From Octopus sinensis (lineage: Eukaryota): a DNA stretch of 64,000 nt. The stretch's first letter is position 1; the number at the start of each line of letters is the position of its first letter. The notes under the pieces are model-generated. The model was not told where the DNA came from. It worked only from the letters and a program-made list of their open reading frames with translations, and did not search any database. Made by a program: the position numbers and the translations under genes. Location of the stretch: contig NC_042998.1 of the NCBI RefSeq assembly GCF_006345805.1, positions 151,032,001 to 151,096,000 on the forward strand, in the 5' to 3' direction. Of this stretch, positions 37,065 to 50,325 are shown piece after piece.

Positions 37065-37623
37065 GTCAAATATTAGTATGGGTTGTGTGTGCCTGGGGTA
37101 GAGGAGAAACTGTACTGCGGTGGTGTGGCGGGATTTGTGAAAATATCTGTGAAGGTCAATCGGTACAGTATTTGTGTGTGTGTGCATAAAGGATGGCATT
37201 ATGTCTATGATTATTTGTATATATACCTACATACACTTACACATGCATATGTACATACATACACACATATATACATACATATATACATACTTACACACCC
37301 ACACATACATAATACATACACACATATATGTGTGTGTGTGAGTGTGTATTTATATACATGCATACACGCAGACAGACACACACAAACACTCACACGCACA
37401 CACATATATGTATATATATATATATATATGTGTAGAGAGTGGGGAGATAGACAGATACACATACATACATACATATCTGTGTCTATAAATACACAAGTAC
37501 ATATTTATCTATATGTGTGTGTGTGTGTGTGTATCTGTGTGTCTGTGTATTTGCAGAAATATATATTATCTACTTATATAAATATGTCAATTTATGCACA
37601 CGCATAAATATGATATATAATAT

Positions 37624-37654
<31 letters not shown>

Positions 37655-37671
37655 ATATTATATATATAAAG

Positions 37672-37705
<34 letters not shown>

Positions 37706-37730
37706 ATACATACACACACATATATGTGTG

Positions 37731-37790
<60 letters not shown>

Positions 37791-37968
37791 ATATATATAT
37801 GAATATATCTATGTATGAATATATATAAATATGCATATATTGCATTATGTATATATTTATAACTACGTGGCGGGAGAAAGCTAAGAGAGTTTCAGGGTAG
37901 ATCGATAGACAGAGGTTGAGTAAATGACGCAGAGGGGGGCGTAGGGAAAATGAATATATAATATATAT

Positions 37969-38022
<54 letters not shown>

Positions 38023-38289
38023 ATACATATATACATATACATACATATCGATATGGGTATCTGTTTGTATGTATATGCGTGCGCGAGAGAGGGAGGGTTT
38101 AGCTGTCCTGATCCGAGCTTTACAGAGAAGCTATTATACTGCTGTTTGTTTGTTTGTGTGTGTGTATGTGTGTGTGTATTTGTGTTATGTGTACGGAAGT
38201 GACTAGTGTACACAGTGGGTGGCGGTAGAGGTATACCGCATTAAAGGTCAGCCAGTGCATCTTGATCGCACAATCCTCCACTAACCTTA

Positions 38290-38707
38290 TTCTTACCACC
38301 TCCACTACCCCAGGCCCCACCACCACCACCACTACCGCCGACACACCACTCATATACCCACGGTCACCACAGTCATTACCTCCATGCGTCACCACCACCA
38401 CCACCACCACTACAACTTCACCATCATCACCACTGCACCACAATTACCACCGCCATCACCACTATCACCACCATTACCATTACCATCGCCGATAACACAA
38501 CGGCAATCATGCCGGCAACCACCACTGCCCATATTTCACAACACCACCACCGCAACCACCTTCATGTTCACCACCTACACCATCACTAACATCATCTTTA
38601 TAACAGTGGTCGCTATTCATTTCACTGCCAATGCCGTTATAACTACTCACACCACCACCACCACCACCACCACCACCACCACACCACCACCACCACCAAT
38701 ACTACTA

Positions 38708-38762
<55 letters not shown>

Positions 38763-38800
38763 TCTTCTTCTGCTGCTGCTGCTGCTACTACTGGTGCTAT
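38290..38800. repeat. Compound trinucleotide microsatellite (CAC/CAT, TAC, TTC, TGC)
   Basis: Read directly from the sequence. Confidence 0.9.
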
Positions 38801-39622
38801 TCCCTAAATGAATCTCAAATTATTCTGGCGTATTCTTAAGTCCACTAAAGCGGACGTTTTCAACCTCAGTTTCACGGCCTACTTGTGTGCCAGGTACACC
38901 TTCCCCGGGTATGCCGCCAGCTTTTGAAACGAGCCGTAAACTGCGAAGACATACACCACAATGGCAAGTGCGCGTTTGTATTTCAAATCAATTTTCATAG
39001 TCATGTTCATCTATGATAAGCCACCATATTTGATGCTTGTTTTGCATTCAACTGCACGTTGCACTCAACAGCAAAACTATTCCTTAGTCAATCCAAACTA
39101 ATAAGACCACTGGCTCTGATTACATACATTCATATATGTGTGTGTGTTTGTGTGTTGTGCGCTGTGCGTGTGTGTGTATGTGTGTGTATATATGTGTGTG
39201 TATGTATATGTGTATATACACACACACTCATATATTTATGGCCGCATGAGAAAACACAGCGGGCAGTCACAGGACTTTCGTAATGTTAAGTAGCACATAT
39301 CCTTTGTGCTTTTACTCAGCAACCTCTTCCATCTCACCTATTAATACACGTGCGCACGCATGCACATACACACACACATACAAACGCACATCTTTTTATC
39401 CTTTCTAATGTTTAATTTGCTTCAGTCGTTCGATTGCGGCCATGCTGGGGCAGCTGTGAGGCTCTAGTCGAACGAATCGACCCCATGACATTTTTAAAGC
39501 TTCGTACTTAATCTATCGGTATTTTTTATTGAAACGCTAATTTATAGGAACTTACAAACGGACACTGATTATCAAACGACGGTGGGTGACAAACGCAGGC
39601 ACAAAGGCACACACCACACACG

Positions 39623-39683
<61 letters not shown>

Positions 39684-41000
39684 AAGCGAAGTTCTTATCA
39701 CATGGGGAAACCACGCCTACTTTCCCCATCTTAAAATAAAATAAAAAAAGATAAGAAGAAAGAACCGGTTAGGTAATGTAATCATGAATACGCCACCTCT
39801 GAAATAGACAGGATGGCCACGTCCGGCACATCATTGATTATGGGTAGTTCTGACTATAATGTACATCGTTCCTTCATAATACTAATATATCAAGACAAAC
39901 ATAAGGCAGCGAAGTGGTAGAATTATCTGTCATTACGTTCAGAGTTCAATTCCACAAAGGTTGACTTTGCCTTTTGTACTTTTGGGTCAATAACATAATT
40001 ACTAGGTGAACTCTGAGGTCGATGTAATCGACTAGCCCCTTCCTCCGAAACTGCTGGCCTGTTCTAAAATTTGAAAATAATATATCCAAAAATATATAAC
40101 CCATTAAATTTAATGGCTTTTCACGTAAGCCACACATGAACTTTTTTAATGTTTTAATTCTTGTTCTAAGATGAGATCTAAGTTATGTATTTGTCATGCT
40201 GGCACCTATTACTCAGATTAACAGGTGAGATACCCAGTTCAAATCAATGAATAATAAACAATAACATCTAAAACAATATTATTCAGAGCAACGTTGAAAG
40301 GAAGATAAAAATGGAAACATAGAGACAAACAATGTTGCATTGCCAGAATTGATTAACAAAATGGTCGACAATATTTTGAAATCGTAAAGAATTGTTCTTT
40401 TCTACTCTAGGCACAAAGCCCGAAATTTTGTGGGGTGGGGCAGTCGATTAGATCAACCCCAGTACGCAACTGGTTCTTAATTTATCGAACCCGAAACAAT
40501 TGAAGGACAAAGTCGACCTCGGCGGAATTTGAACACAGAACGTAATCATGAAGAATAGTTGCTGCTTTGGAACCAGCATCAGCCTGAGGTTAAAACACAT
40601 GATACCAAACATGGTGTCATAATACGCATTTTATTTCATAATTAGCCTCAGTAAAAGCTTTAAAGGTACATAATCGCTGGCGGGGTAAGAAGCTTGCGTT
40701 TCGACCACATGCTCGGGTGAGTCACACAGCATGGTAACTTGGGCAAGTGTCTCTGAGAGGATTTGATAGACAGAAACTGAATATATATATATATATATAA
40801 GCATTTTTGACTGCTATTTCTACTTTTTTCGGTATGCGGTCAAGCAACCTGTTGCCTGTCCCTTTTTCTTATATACAATATATATACTGAACTTTACAGA
40901 AGTTCCTGCCGGTAATCGGCTATATTTACATACCGAATTCTACCAGTAAATAATTGTGGTCTTTTTTTAAAAACCATTATAGAAATTATTTACCCTTATT

Positions 41001-41032
<32 letters not shown>

Positions 41033-41054
41033 ATATATCTATATATTATATAAT

Positions 41055-41973
41055 ATGGAACAAAAACGCAATAGGAGACAAAACATTCGGACAGATAGAC
41101 GATACAAAGGCGGACAGGAGAAAGAACAATTAGAAGGACAGGCAAAAAAGACGGGTCATTTGTGTCCTTCTTTCCTCAGTCAAGTATACCAGAAGCCCTT
41201 ACTTTTTCAAGCAGTTACACTTGAGACAGTTCGATCTGGTTGCCCCCAAAAACGTCTAAGCTAAGAGCATTAGACTTTTTTGTAAGAAAGCTAGTGAATG
41301 AGTACGGCAATAAAGACATAAAACGGAGAACATGGTACATAATTACGAATACAAACAAAAAGAATATAACAACAGGTGTCTTTCGACTGAGAACGAATCA
41401 AATTGTGCTGGCGTGTATGAAGTGAAAGCCTAAAGGCAGGAACATAGGGGATGGGCATAAGGGGTGTTGGCGGTCGGCAGTCAGGACAAGAAAGAACGAT
41501 CATGGCTGGCCAGATACCGGTCACGTGGAAGGAGAGAGGGCTAAGGAGCAGCGGCTTTGAAAGATTAGGAAAAAATCAGAGACAAAGGGAAGGGTACAGG
41601 GGAGATAAACGAGGAGGAAAAGGTGGGAGTTAGAGGAGAGGGCCAAGAAATGTGAGAAAGAAAGGGGGAGCGAGAAAAAAGAAAAGATTGAGTAAGAGTT
41701 GTACAAAATTTAGATGCATACCTACTATATGGTGAGCACAAGGGTATACGTACGCCACTATATGTATATATAAATATAAAAAATGGAACAAAAATGCAAT
41801 AGAAGACAATAAAGCATCCGGACAGATAGACGATACAAGGCAGACAGGAGAAACAACAATCAGAAGGACAGGGAAAAAAGACGGGTCATTCATGGCCTTC
41901 TTTCCTCAGTATACCAAAAGTCCTTACTGTTTCGGGCAGTTAAAATTGAGACAGTTTGATCTGGTTGCCCCCA
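41055..41973 (-). mobile_element. Non-autonomous element with ~190-200 bp diverged terminal direct repeats (41055-41250 / 41783-41973)
   Basis: atggaacaaaaa.gcaatag.agaca...gagacagtt.gatctggttgccccc occurs twice. Related copy at 47940-48257. Flanked by microsatellites. Confidence 0.65.
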
Positions 41974-41976
41974 ATA

Positions 41977-42009
<33 letters not shown>

Positions 42010-42631
42010 GTGTATGTATGTATGTATGAAAGTGTGTGTGTGTGTTGTGACTATCTATATCTATGAGTGTGTGTGTTTGACCTCCATCACCGCTTGACAA
42101 CTGGTATGGGTGTTTTTACATTCCAGTAACATAGCGTTTAGACATAAGAGACCGGTAGAGTCTGTACCAAGCTTAAAAAATAAGTACTGGGGTCGATTCC
42201 TTCGACTCAATTTCTTCTTGGCTGCAGTCAAATGAGCGAAAAAAGTAAAAAGAAAAACAGATACATAGCTACGTACTTTATACATACATACTCACATACA
42301 TACATACATACATACATTCATACATACATACATACATACATACATACATACATACATACATACATACATACATACATACATACATACATACATACATACA
42401 TCAAACCGCTGCCGCCATCACGAAATTCTCGAGTTTCTCTAGATGTAACTGAGTCAACCGAGACGACTCTGGAACATATTCAACCATGAGACCTCTTAAA
42501 ACCACTGTTCGTGAAAAACGTTTCTACTTCTCGAAACTATCATGGCACTGCAGGCCACTCTCAACGAGATGAAGAAAGATCAAGCTACTCTAATGTTGAA
42601 ATTTATAGACGATGTCGCTAAGAGCTTACGA

Positions 42632-42849
42632 TTCTTTTATTCTTTTATTCTGTTACTTGCTTCAGTCGTTTGACTGTGGCCAAACTGGAGCACTGCCTTA
42701 AAGTGTTTTAGCTGAAGAAATCGACCCCATGACTTATTCTTTGCAAGCCTACTACTAATTCTATCGGCTTCTTTTGCCGAACCGCTAAGTTACGGAGACA
42801 ATAAACCTCCAGCATCGTTGTCAAGCGATGTGGTGGAGGACAAACACAC

Positions 42850-42885
<36 letters not shown>

Positions 42886-42916
42886 TATATATATGCATGT
42901 ATTATATATATATATT

Positions 42917-42972
<56 letters not shown>

Positions 42973-42987
42973 GCATGTATCTATGTA

Positions 42988-43042
<55 letters not shown>

Positions 43043-43220
43043 GTATGTATGTATATAGACAGGCTTCTTTCAGTTTCCGTCTTCAAGTCCTCTCACAAGG
43101 CTTTGGTCGGCCCGAAGCTATTATAGAAGACACCTACCCAAGGTATCGCGAAGTGGGACTGAACCCAGAGCCATGTGGTTGGGTAGCAAGCTTCATACTA
43201 CACAGCCACGATTGCGCCTG
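42632..43220 (-). mobile_element. SINE family A, full-length copy on minus strand
   Basis: Reverse complement of head, internal microsatellite and tail. Further partial copies at ~25375-25550, 34800-34890, 39400-39600, 40675-40780, 42075-42255, 47325-47445 and 53230-53387. Confidence 0.8.
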
Positions 43221-43949
43221 ATGTAACTAATAGAACAGTAAAACCCTCAAAAAACAGCTGCTATCACTCTTAGGAGAAATTTGCAATAAACAAGGTACTG
43301 AAACTACTGAACAGAAGCAATCTAGATAGGAAACACAACTTGAAGGAAACATCAACAATCTCTGCCGTCATATTGGAAGGTTAACCACGATAATAAATTG
43401 TAAATAAGTAAATATTAAATTTTATACATGAATTTTTTTTTAAATGTACAACCACTGTAACACTAAGTTCTTGGGGGAAATATAATTGCTCTAAAGCACG
43501 AACTCAGGACCCTATTTGAAAAACTTCACTGTCGCAGACGAATGTATGGACGAGCCAGTATAAATCACAAATTTGTTTCCAACACGTGCGGTCATCGACT
43601 GGTCTGTAGATGCTAAAACTTCATGGTTTTAAGATCAACTGGATACTTCCACACTGATGTCGACAGGGTCTTCCCAAGAGAAGATGAATGTCGTATGGTT
43701 TGAGATCAGTCTAGACAGACTTCGAATGTCGTATAGTCTCTCGCAGACAGCATCTGCAAGGCAACAAACTGCCAAAATAAACTTAGTACTGAAAAGCGAA
43801 GTAAACATCCGACGTTCGGGTAGTGAGCTTCTCAGGAAGCACTGTCTTCTTGATGACTTGCTACGCAACCCTAAAATAGCCGGAGGAATATACCTCAAGG
43901 AAGACCCGAACGTCAAACGTTTAGTAACACTTCCCTCATCACACACACA

Positions 43950-43993
<44 letters not shown>

Positions 43994-44187
43994 TAGGAAA
44001 ACAGAAACTATGCATGGGTATGTTTCCTGAAGACGTGAAGAAGACAGTAATATCGACAGGAAAAGCATCCTACCTTGCACTTGTGACTGCTACATCACAT
44101 CATTATGTTGGCTATGCATTTTCAATCCGAAAACAGGAGATTGCTACGCGGAACCTATTAAAAAAAAAAGACAGTGAAGCCCTTAGA

Positions 44188-44287
44188 NNNNNNNNNNNNN
44201 NNNNNNNNNNNNNNNNNNNNNNNNNNNNNNNNNNNNNNNNNNNNNNNNNNNNNNNNNNNNNNNNNNNNNNNNNNNNNNNNNNNNNNN
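44188..44287. other. Assembly gap (100 N)
   Basis: Run of n. Confidence 1.
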
Positions 44288-44311
44288 ATAGTATGTATGT
44301 ATGTATGTATG

Positions 44312-44343
<32 letters not shown>

Positions 44344-44386
44344 GTATGTATGTATGTATGTATGTATGTATGTATGCATTGTCCTG

Positions 44387-45105
44387 ACCAGATGACCACT
44401 CCATCTAAGCAAAGGCTCAGGTGGAGTGGTCATCTGCTCAGGATGAAGGATTCAAGGATACCAAAACAACTCTTTTATGGAGAGTCAGCTAAAGGAGAAC
44501 GACCTCCACATAAACAAAAAAAGAGGTATAAGGACTTGCTGAAGGCTTCCTTAGGAGATGCTTGCATCTCTTCTGACACATGGGAGGGCGTAGCTATTGA
44601 TCGTAGCCGGTGGAGAAGAGTTGTGCACGAGGGGACAGCTACTTTTGAGAAATCTCGAGTTGCACATGAGAAAGTAAGGAGGGATGTCAGGAAGGGTATC
44701 GCTGTTAACACTTCCAGATGGGAAGAGTCTTCCTATGATGCTGACATGCAGTGTCTGTGCAAGACCCTGCCTCAGTAAAGCTGGACTCAAGAGTCATCTT
44801 CGTAGTCATAAAGCGAGACAGATGAGTGACAACCTGGCCACTGGTGGTGGTATTACACACCATACTAATCATATCTGTGAGGCATGTAGAAGAGAGTGTA
44901 ATTTAGCAGGACTTAAACGACATGCAAAGGTACATGAATCCCAGTTACAACTACAGCCGGCTATTGCCGGTAAAGGTTTTAGCTGCCAATTCTATACAAG
45001 ACATTGTAGATCTTTAGCTGGGCTAAAAAGTCACATTCGATCACAGCACCAATAAAAGTTAAGCTTTGTGCAATGGCCATACTCGATAACGAGGACGCAG
45101 CCATC
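44387..45105 (+). mobile_element. 5'-truncated RTE-clade LINE with three C-terminal C2H2-like fingers and a 13 bp TSD
   Basis: RLRWSGHLLRM..SRIPKQLFYGE..G.R....KKRYKD.LK..WE..A.DRSRWR, then CSVC..H..H, CEAC..H..H and CQFY..H..H. atgcattgtcctg occurs at 44374-44386 and 45106-45118. Confidence 0.9.
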
Positions 45106-45530
45106 ATGCATTGTCCTGGGTATGACTTAAAACTGCATCCGTTATTGGGGCTCTGGTTAAAATGTCCCAAGGTTTTTGAGGAATGTGGAACCACTTCTTA
45201 GTCTACTGTGACTCGGAATATCGGGGTCCCAGCTATGGGATAACTAGCATATGAGTGACGGGACGTAGAAATACTCGGGCTGGTGTCCGAGGGCGCAGTA
45301 AGCCTACTGGGAGTGAGGGACCCCTGATCTTTGTTAAGTCATGCCTCTAGGAGAAGGCTAACTCGTATATAAAACCCGCTGCTCTACTGAACCGGATGAT
45401 TTGCTCTTAGCTTGTCTCAGAGCTCCTTGGTGTTATTTCTGAGAGTCGCTGTGATGCTGTGAAAGTTGCACTGCACGGGCATTGCTAACTCTTAACTTAT
45501 CAGCGATGGTCATGCTCGTCTAATGAGTAG
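45106..45530 (+). mobile_element. Probable RTE-type 5' UTR remnant
   Basis: Contains cctctaggagaaggctaactc..aaaacc, which resembles the conserved RTE 5' UTR box. No ORF follows. Confidence 0.45.
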
Positions 45531-45832
45531 ACAACCATCATATATGTATGTGTATCTAAGTATGTGCGTATGCAAATATGTAGGTACGTATGTACATATA
45601 CACACACGCGCACGCACACATACGCACGCGCACACACACACACACACACACACGTGTGTGTGTGAATTTCTGTTTGCATGTCTTTCGGTCAGTCTGATTG
45701 ACTGTCTGCCTGAAAGCTAATTTGTGAAAGCTCTTATTTTCACTACCATCACAGTCACATTCACCACACACATTCGTGTGCGCGCACGCACGTACACACA
45801 CGGACACACTCACACACATACAAGCGATATAT

Positions 45833-45895
<63 letters not shown>

Positions 45896-46905
45896 CATAT
45901 ACATATGTATACATGTGTATGTGTGTCTGTTTATATATATAAAGACATAGATAAATATAGATAATTAGTTATAGATAGAGAGATAATAGATAGCAGGATG
46001 GCTAGCTAGCTAGCTAGATATGTACACACACGCATCCATATATATATATATATATATATACTCCAATACACATACACACACTTACACTCACACTCACAGA
46101 CTCACACACTCAGACACACGCGCACACGCGCACACACAAAAACACGCGCACGCACACACACACACACACACACACACCATGGTGCTACGTCAGTAAACAT
46201 CAGCAGGACTCTTACACTGAACAGGATGTGAGCTGCTATATCCGGTACTGGAGAAAAATGCCGACAACTCTGCTGCGCGTTTTATATCAACTTCCGGTCT
46301 ACTGGCCGATAAGACAAACCAGGTGGGAATTTATAGTGTACACTAAATACATGATGTATATACGCGTGCGTGTAGAAGCTTTTATGTGTACAAGTGTCTC
46401 ACTATACACATGTGTGTGTATAAAGTGAGTGCATAAATATCAATGTAAATCAGTGTGTATGAACACATATACTCCTTTGGACACAGAATATATGCGTATG
46501 TATATATATATATATATATAAAAGTATACACGTCTATATTAATGTTTGTATATAAATGTTTATCGTGTATCTATTAGGCTATATAGAAATGCGAAATAAA
46601 CGTAAACATCTGTACACGAGTATTACTTTATACATATAGCATGTACGTATAACTTATGATATAACATAAGCAGAACTACACGTGTGTCCATCATATAGTT
46701 TGTATATGCACATTTATGTGTGTGTGTGTATGCGTGTATGTATGTTGTATGTATGTATGTATGTATGTATGTATGTATATGTGTATATATATCTGATTAT
46801 CTTTGGAATAATGGATCTCAATATACCTACCATTATTGATAATACCAAATGTTCCTTTTCGGACTTTTCATAAAGTGATACAGGTCTTTGGTATAGCAAT
46901 TGCAT

Positions 46906-46997
46906 GCGGCTGAAGAGAGCTTTAAACCATCTGTTATGTCGATTATACATTGATGTAAGAATAAGTTGTTTTATAAAGCTTGAAACACGTGTACCGC
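46906..46997 (+). ncRNA. Type I hammerhead ribozyme with long stem II
   Basis: GCGG-CUGAAGA-GAGCUUUA...(~49 nt)...UAAAGCUU-GAAACACGUGUA-CCGC: canonical core, 8-bp stem II, palindromic stem III. The host element (~46793-47105) lies between microsatellites. Confidence 0.8.
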
Positions 46998-47128
46998 GAC
47001 ATCCTTTGTGTTTCTGTTTTTTATTCATTTGATACATATATCCTCTTGCTACTTGCTACTAGCTGGCATATACAGGTGCTTACATTTATCAAGTATTCAC
47101 ACTGAATATATATATATATATATAATAT

Positions 47129-47170
<42 letters not shown>

Positions 47171-47715
47171 TATATATATATATATATTATATATATATAT
47201 TATATATATATATTATATAATATATTATATATATACATCATTTTATACTTTTACTTATGCATCTATTATTTTTATCAATAATACATAAATACAATGCTCC
47301 TATATATATAATCTATTTTCCTGCAGGCGTGGCTATGTGGTAAGAAGTTTGCTTTTCAACCATATGGTTTACTGTTCATTCCCAGTGCGCGGCATCTTTG
47401 GTAAATGGCAAATGTCTTCAACTATATCCCCGGGTCGTCCAAAGTCTAATAATTTATTATGGTAAGTGCTCAAACTGACTTACCACCTAAAGCTCCAACT
47501 AAACTGCAATTAAATCTAAGCTGGATCGTAGAACCCTTGCAATGAATGGTTATAAGGGCTTTATCAATGAGCGTGTACATATACAGGAGAAATAAAAGAA
47601 AGAATGGACAGTCAAACAACTGGTGTTAGTTTAGAGCATGGAATTTATATATCTAAATATTTATGAAATTTTTATATCTAAACAACAGAGGTGTTACAAT
47701 TGAGTGTATCGTAGT

Positions 47716-47793
47716 CTCTGACAGCTGTTTCCAAGGTAGATGTGCATTTGGTAAGCTTTCCATATACTAGTAAACTATTCCTTCTTCAGGGAG
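47716..47793 (-). ncRNA. Hammerhead-like motif with long stem II
   Basis: CUCC-CUGAAGA-AGG...CCUUG-GAAACAGCUGUC-AGAG: palindromic ACAGCUGU stem III, one stem I mismatch, imperfect stem II base. Confidence 0.55.
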
Positions 47794-47870
47794 GGAAGAA
47801 TTGATGTAGTAGTAGTAGAGGATTTTAGAAGTTAGCAATTCCATTGTCCAAGGAAAGTATATATATATAT

Positions 47871-47917
<47 letters not shown>

Positions 47918-48257
47918 ATATATGTATATATATACAAAAATGGGACAAGAACGCAAAACATGTAGACAGTTAGGTGAAACAAAAAAGGAAAACAAAATAT
48001 CCAGACAGCCGAGACAAGGAAAGCAAGGACCGATCATTCGGAGTTTTCTAACCTCAGTCGAGTTCCAGATTATCTTTGCAATTTCGGCTCCAATCTGGCC
48101 AGCCCCAAGGAAAAATAAGCTAAGAGCATTACATTCCTTGGAAGAAAGCAGCGAATGTATACAAAATAAGGACGGAAAAAAAAACAGAAATGTTTCACAA
48201 ATATAAATAACAGGACATAACAACAGGTGTCTTTCGACTAAGGACGAATTAAATACA

Positions 48258-48334
<77 letters not shown>

Positions 48335-48337
<3 letters not shown>

Positions 48338-48462
48338 AGAATTCACAAGAAAGAAAACAAAAGACGAAGACTGGTTGTGGAGACAACATACAGATGTATT
48401 AGTTTAACGCTCGGGAAGTGAAAAAGTTTCTAACGTTTCGACTCTACGCCCTTCCACAGAAG
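48335..48462 (-). mobile_element. Terminal fragment of the Neptune-like PLE 3' end with decayed hammerhead (CUGUGGA core)
   Basis: Homologous to 17240-17390, 21606-21740 and, on the plus strand, 35050-35160. Confidence 0.65.
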
Positions 48463-49569
48463 GGTCGATTAAATAAGTACCAGTTACGCACTGGGGTCGA
48501 TATAATCGACTTAATCCGTTTGTCTGAACTTGTTTGTCCTCTCTGTGCTTAGCCCCTTGTGGGTAGTAAAGAAATAGGTATTTCGCCCGTTTTTACGTTC
48601 TGTGGTCAAATTCGACCTGGGTCGATTTTGCTCCTTTTCTTTTTGGAGTTGATAAAAATAAGTACCAGTTGAGTACTGTGATCGAAATGACTGGCATTGT
48701 TCCAAAATTTGAAATCATTATATTACTGTATGGCTTGGGAGATATTAAAGAAGAATTTTTGATGATTCCAGTAGTTTGGAGTGGTGGAGGAAACAGGTAT
48801 TTGAGGAGGAGTGGGGGAGGCAGACTTCGAATCAGAGTAACTGAAATATGTTTTTACTGCCATCTGGGTCAGAGAAGGGAATGCCGAGATGCGTAACGAA
48901 AGCGCCTTACAGAATGAAATTTTCAATGTGAAATTTGATCAAGACAGCATAATTAAAATAAAGAGGTGTAACGAGTGAGAGATTTGTGATTTAGAATGGA
49001 ATAGGATGTGTTAGTGAAAGGTGGTCCTGATTAGAGTGTGGTCCACTGACATTAGAGGAGGGATGGAATTGTCCAATGGGTTTTGATTTAGTATTCATGG
49101 AAACTTAGAGGGTTTATTCAGTCCATCAAATAGTAACTAAATAAATTGTAGTAATTTCCTCCAGTACTTTACCAATTGTTCCACTTAACTAATCACTTGC
49201 CACTAATTAATCATAGATACTCTAATACCTAGCTGTTCTGTTATTGGTGTAATTCAGAGTTTAGGTAAACAGTGTTTATGAAGAAAGGGATGAGAACTGA
49301 TAAACTTCTGAGTTCAAATTATTTGGAGGTTTTACAATTCTAATCTGTTTATATTTCTCAGCGTCTCAGATGAAGACGTTGGAAGAACAACTGCAACATG
49401 GCCTGCGTGATTCGAACGCCGCCACTCCAGTAACTTGTAAGCTGTGCTGACCACTACATCAAAGCGACGTCACAAAGCTTCACACCTAAATTAATAGACT
49501 TTAATTAAGTCGCTTCAATGAGATATTGTCCAGTATTCAAGGTATTTTATTACTTTCTCTTCTGAACAC

Positions 49570-50325
49570 GACAAGCTAGCAAATTCGTTAGTACTCTAGA
49601 CAAAATGCTTGACGGCATTTCGTCCGTTTTTACATTCTGACTTTTCCACCGGGGACGACTTTACTTTTCATCCCTTAGAGGTCAATGAAATAAGTGCCAG
49701 TTGAGCACTAATCGACTAATCTCATCTTCTAAAATTTCAAGCTTTATGCTTTTATTATAGTAGAAAGGATTATTATCAATTTCTGACTCCTACGACTCAC
49801 ACGGCCGGTTAACTGCTTTTCATTTTTGGCTGGAACTTTATTTTATTGATAGGTAAATTTGACCTCGGCGGGATTAGCACTCAGAACGTAAAAAAGAAGC
49901 TAAAGGATACGCGAGCCAAGTATTCTGTTTGATATGCAAACTGATTTTACCAACTCGGTACCCTTTTTGAGATATAGTATTATATATTTAATAATAGAGA
50001 CGAAATTGAAGGTGCCTGGTTTGGTGGTTAGAGATATTCGGCTCAAGATCGTAAAATCATGAGTTTGATACCCGGCGGCACGTTGTGTCCTTGAGCAAAA
50101 TACTTTATTTCATGTTGCTTCCGTCCACTCAGATGGCAAAAAAATGAGTTGTATCTAGAGTGACAAGCTGCCAGAATCGTTAACACGCCGGACAAAATGC
50201 TCAGAGGCATTTCGTCCGTTTATACGATCTGACTTCAAATTCCGCAGAGGTCGACTTCGCTTTCATTCTTTGAAGATCGATAAAATAAGTACCAGTTGAG
50301 CACTGAGGGGTCAATGTAATCACTA
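49570..50325 (+). mobile_element. Cluster of SINE family B copies plus a third tRNA/CORE-like SINE head (50025-50150)
   Basis: caaaatgct..cggcatttcgtcc..ttctgagttcaaattcc..gtcgactt..aagtaccagttgagcactg is repeated. Other copies at 39903-40080, 40390-40545(-), 48463-48720, 55065-55245 and 59025-59312. Confidence 0.75.

Noticed and set aside
43480-43935. Possible old PLE remnant with a decayed ribozyme at its end
   Set aside because: Only vague motif resemblance, with no unambiguous protein or core motif.
43657-44778. 373-aa ORF
   Set aside because: It spans the N gap and (CA)n/(TATG)n tracts. Only the last ~125 aa are real, and they belong to the RTE fragment.
44684-45055. Host C2H2 zinc-finger gene
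   Set aside because: It lacks TGEKP linkers and lies inside the TSD-bounded RTE insertion, directly after the RT C-terminal motif.
48725-49370. Possible LINE endonuclease remnant on the minus strand
   Set aside because: A single weak IL.G.F..H-like match, which is not enough to call.
49395-49462. tRNA gene on the minus strand (A-box-like tgtagtggtc, B-box gttcgaatc)
   Set aside because: No convincing cloverleaf. More likely a decayed tRNA-derived SINE head.
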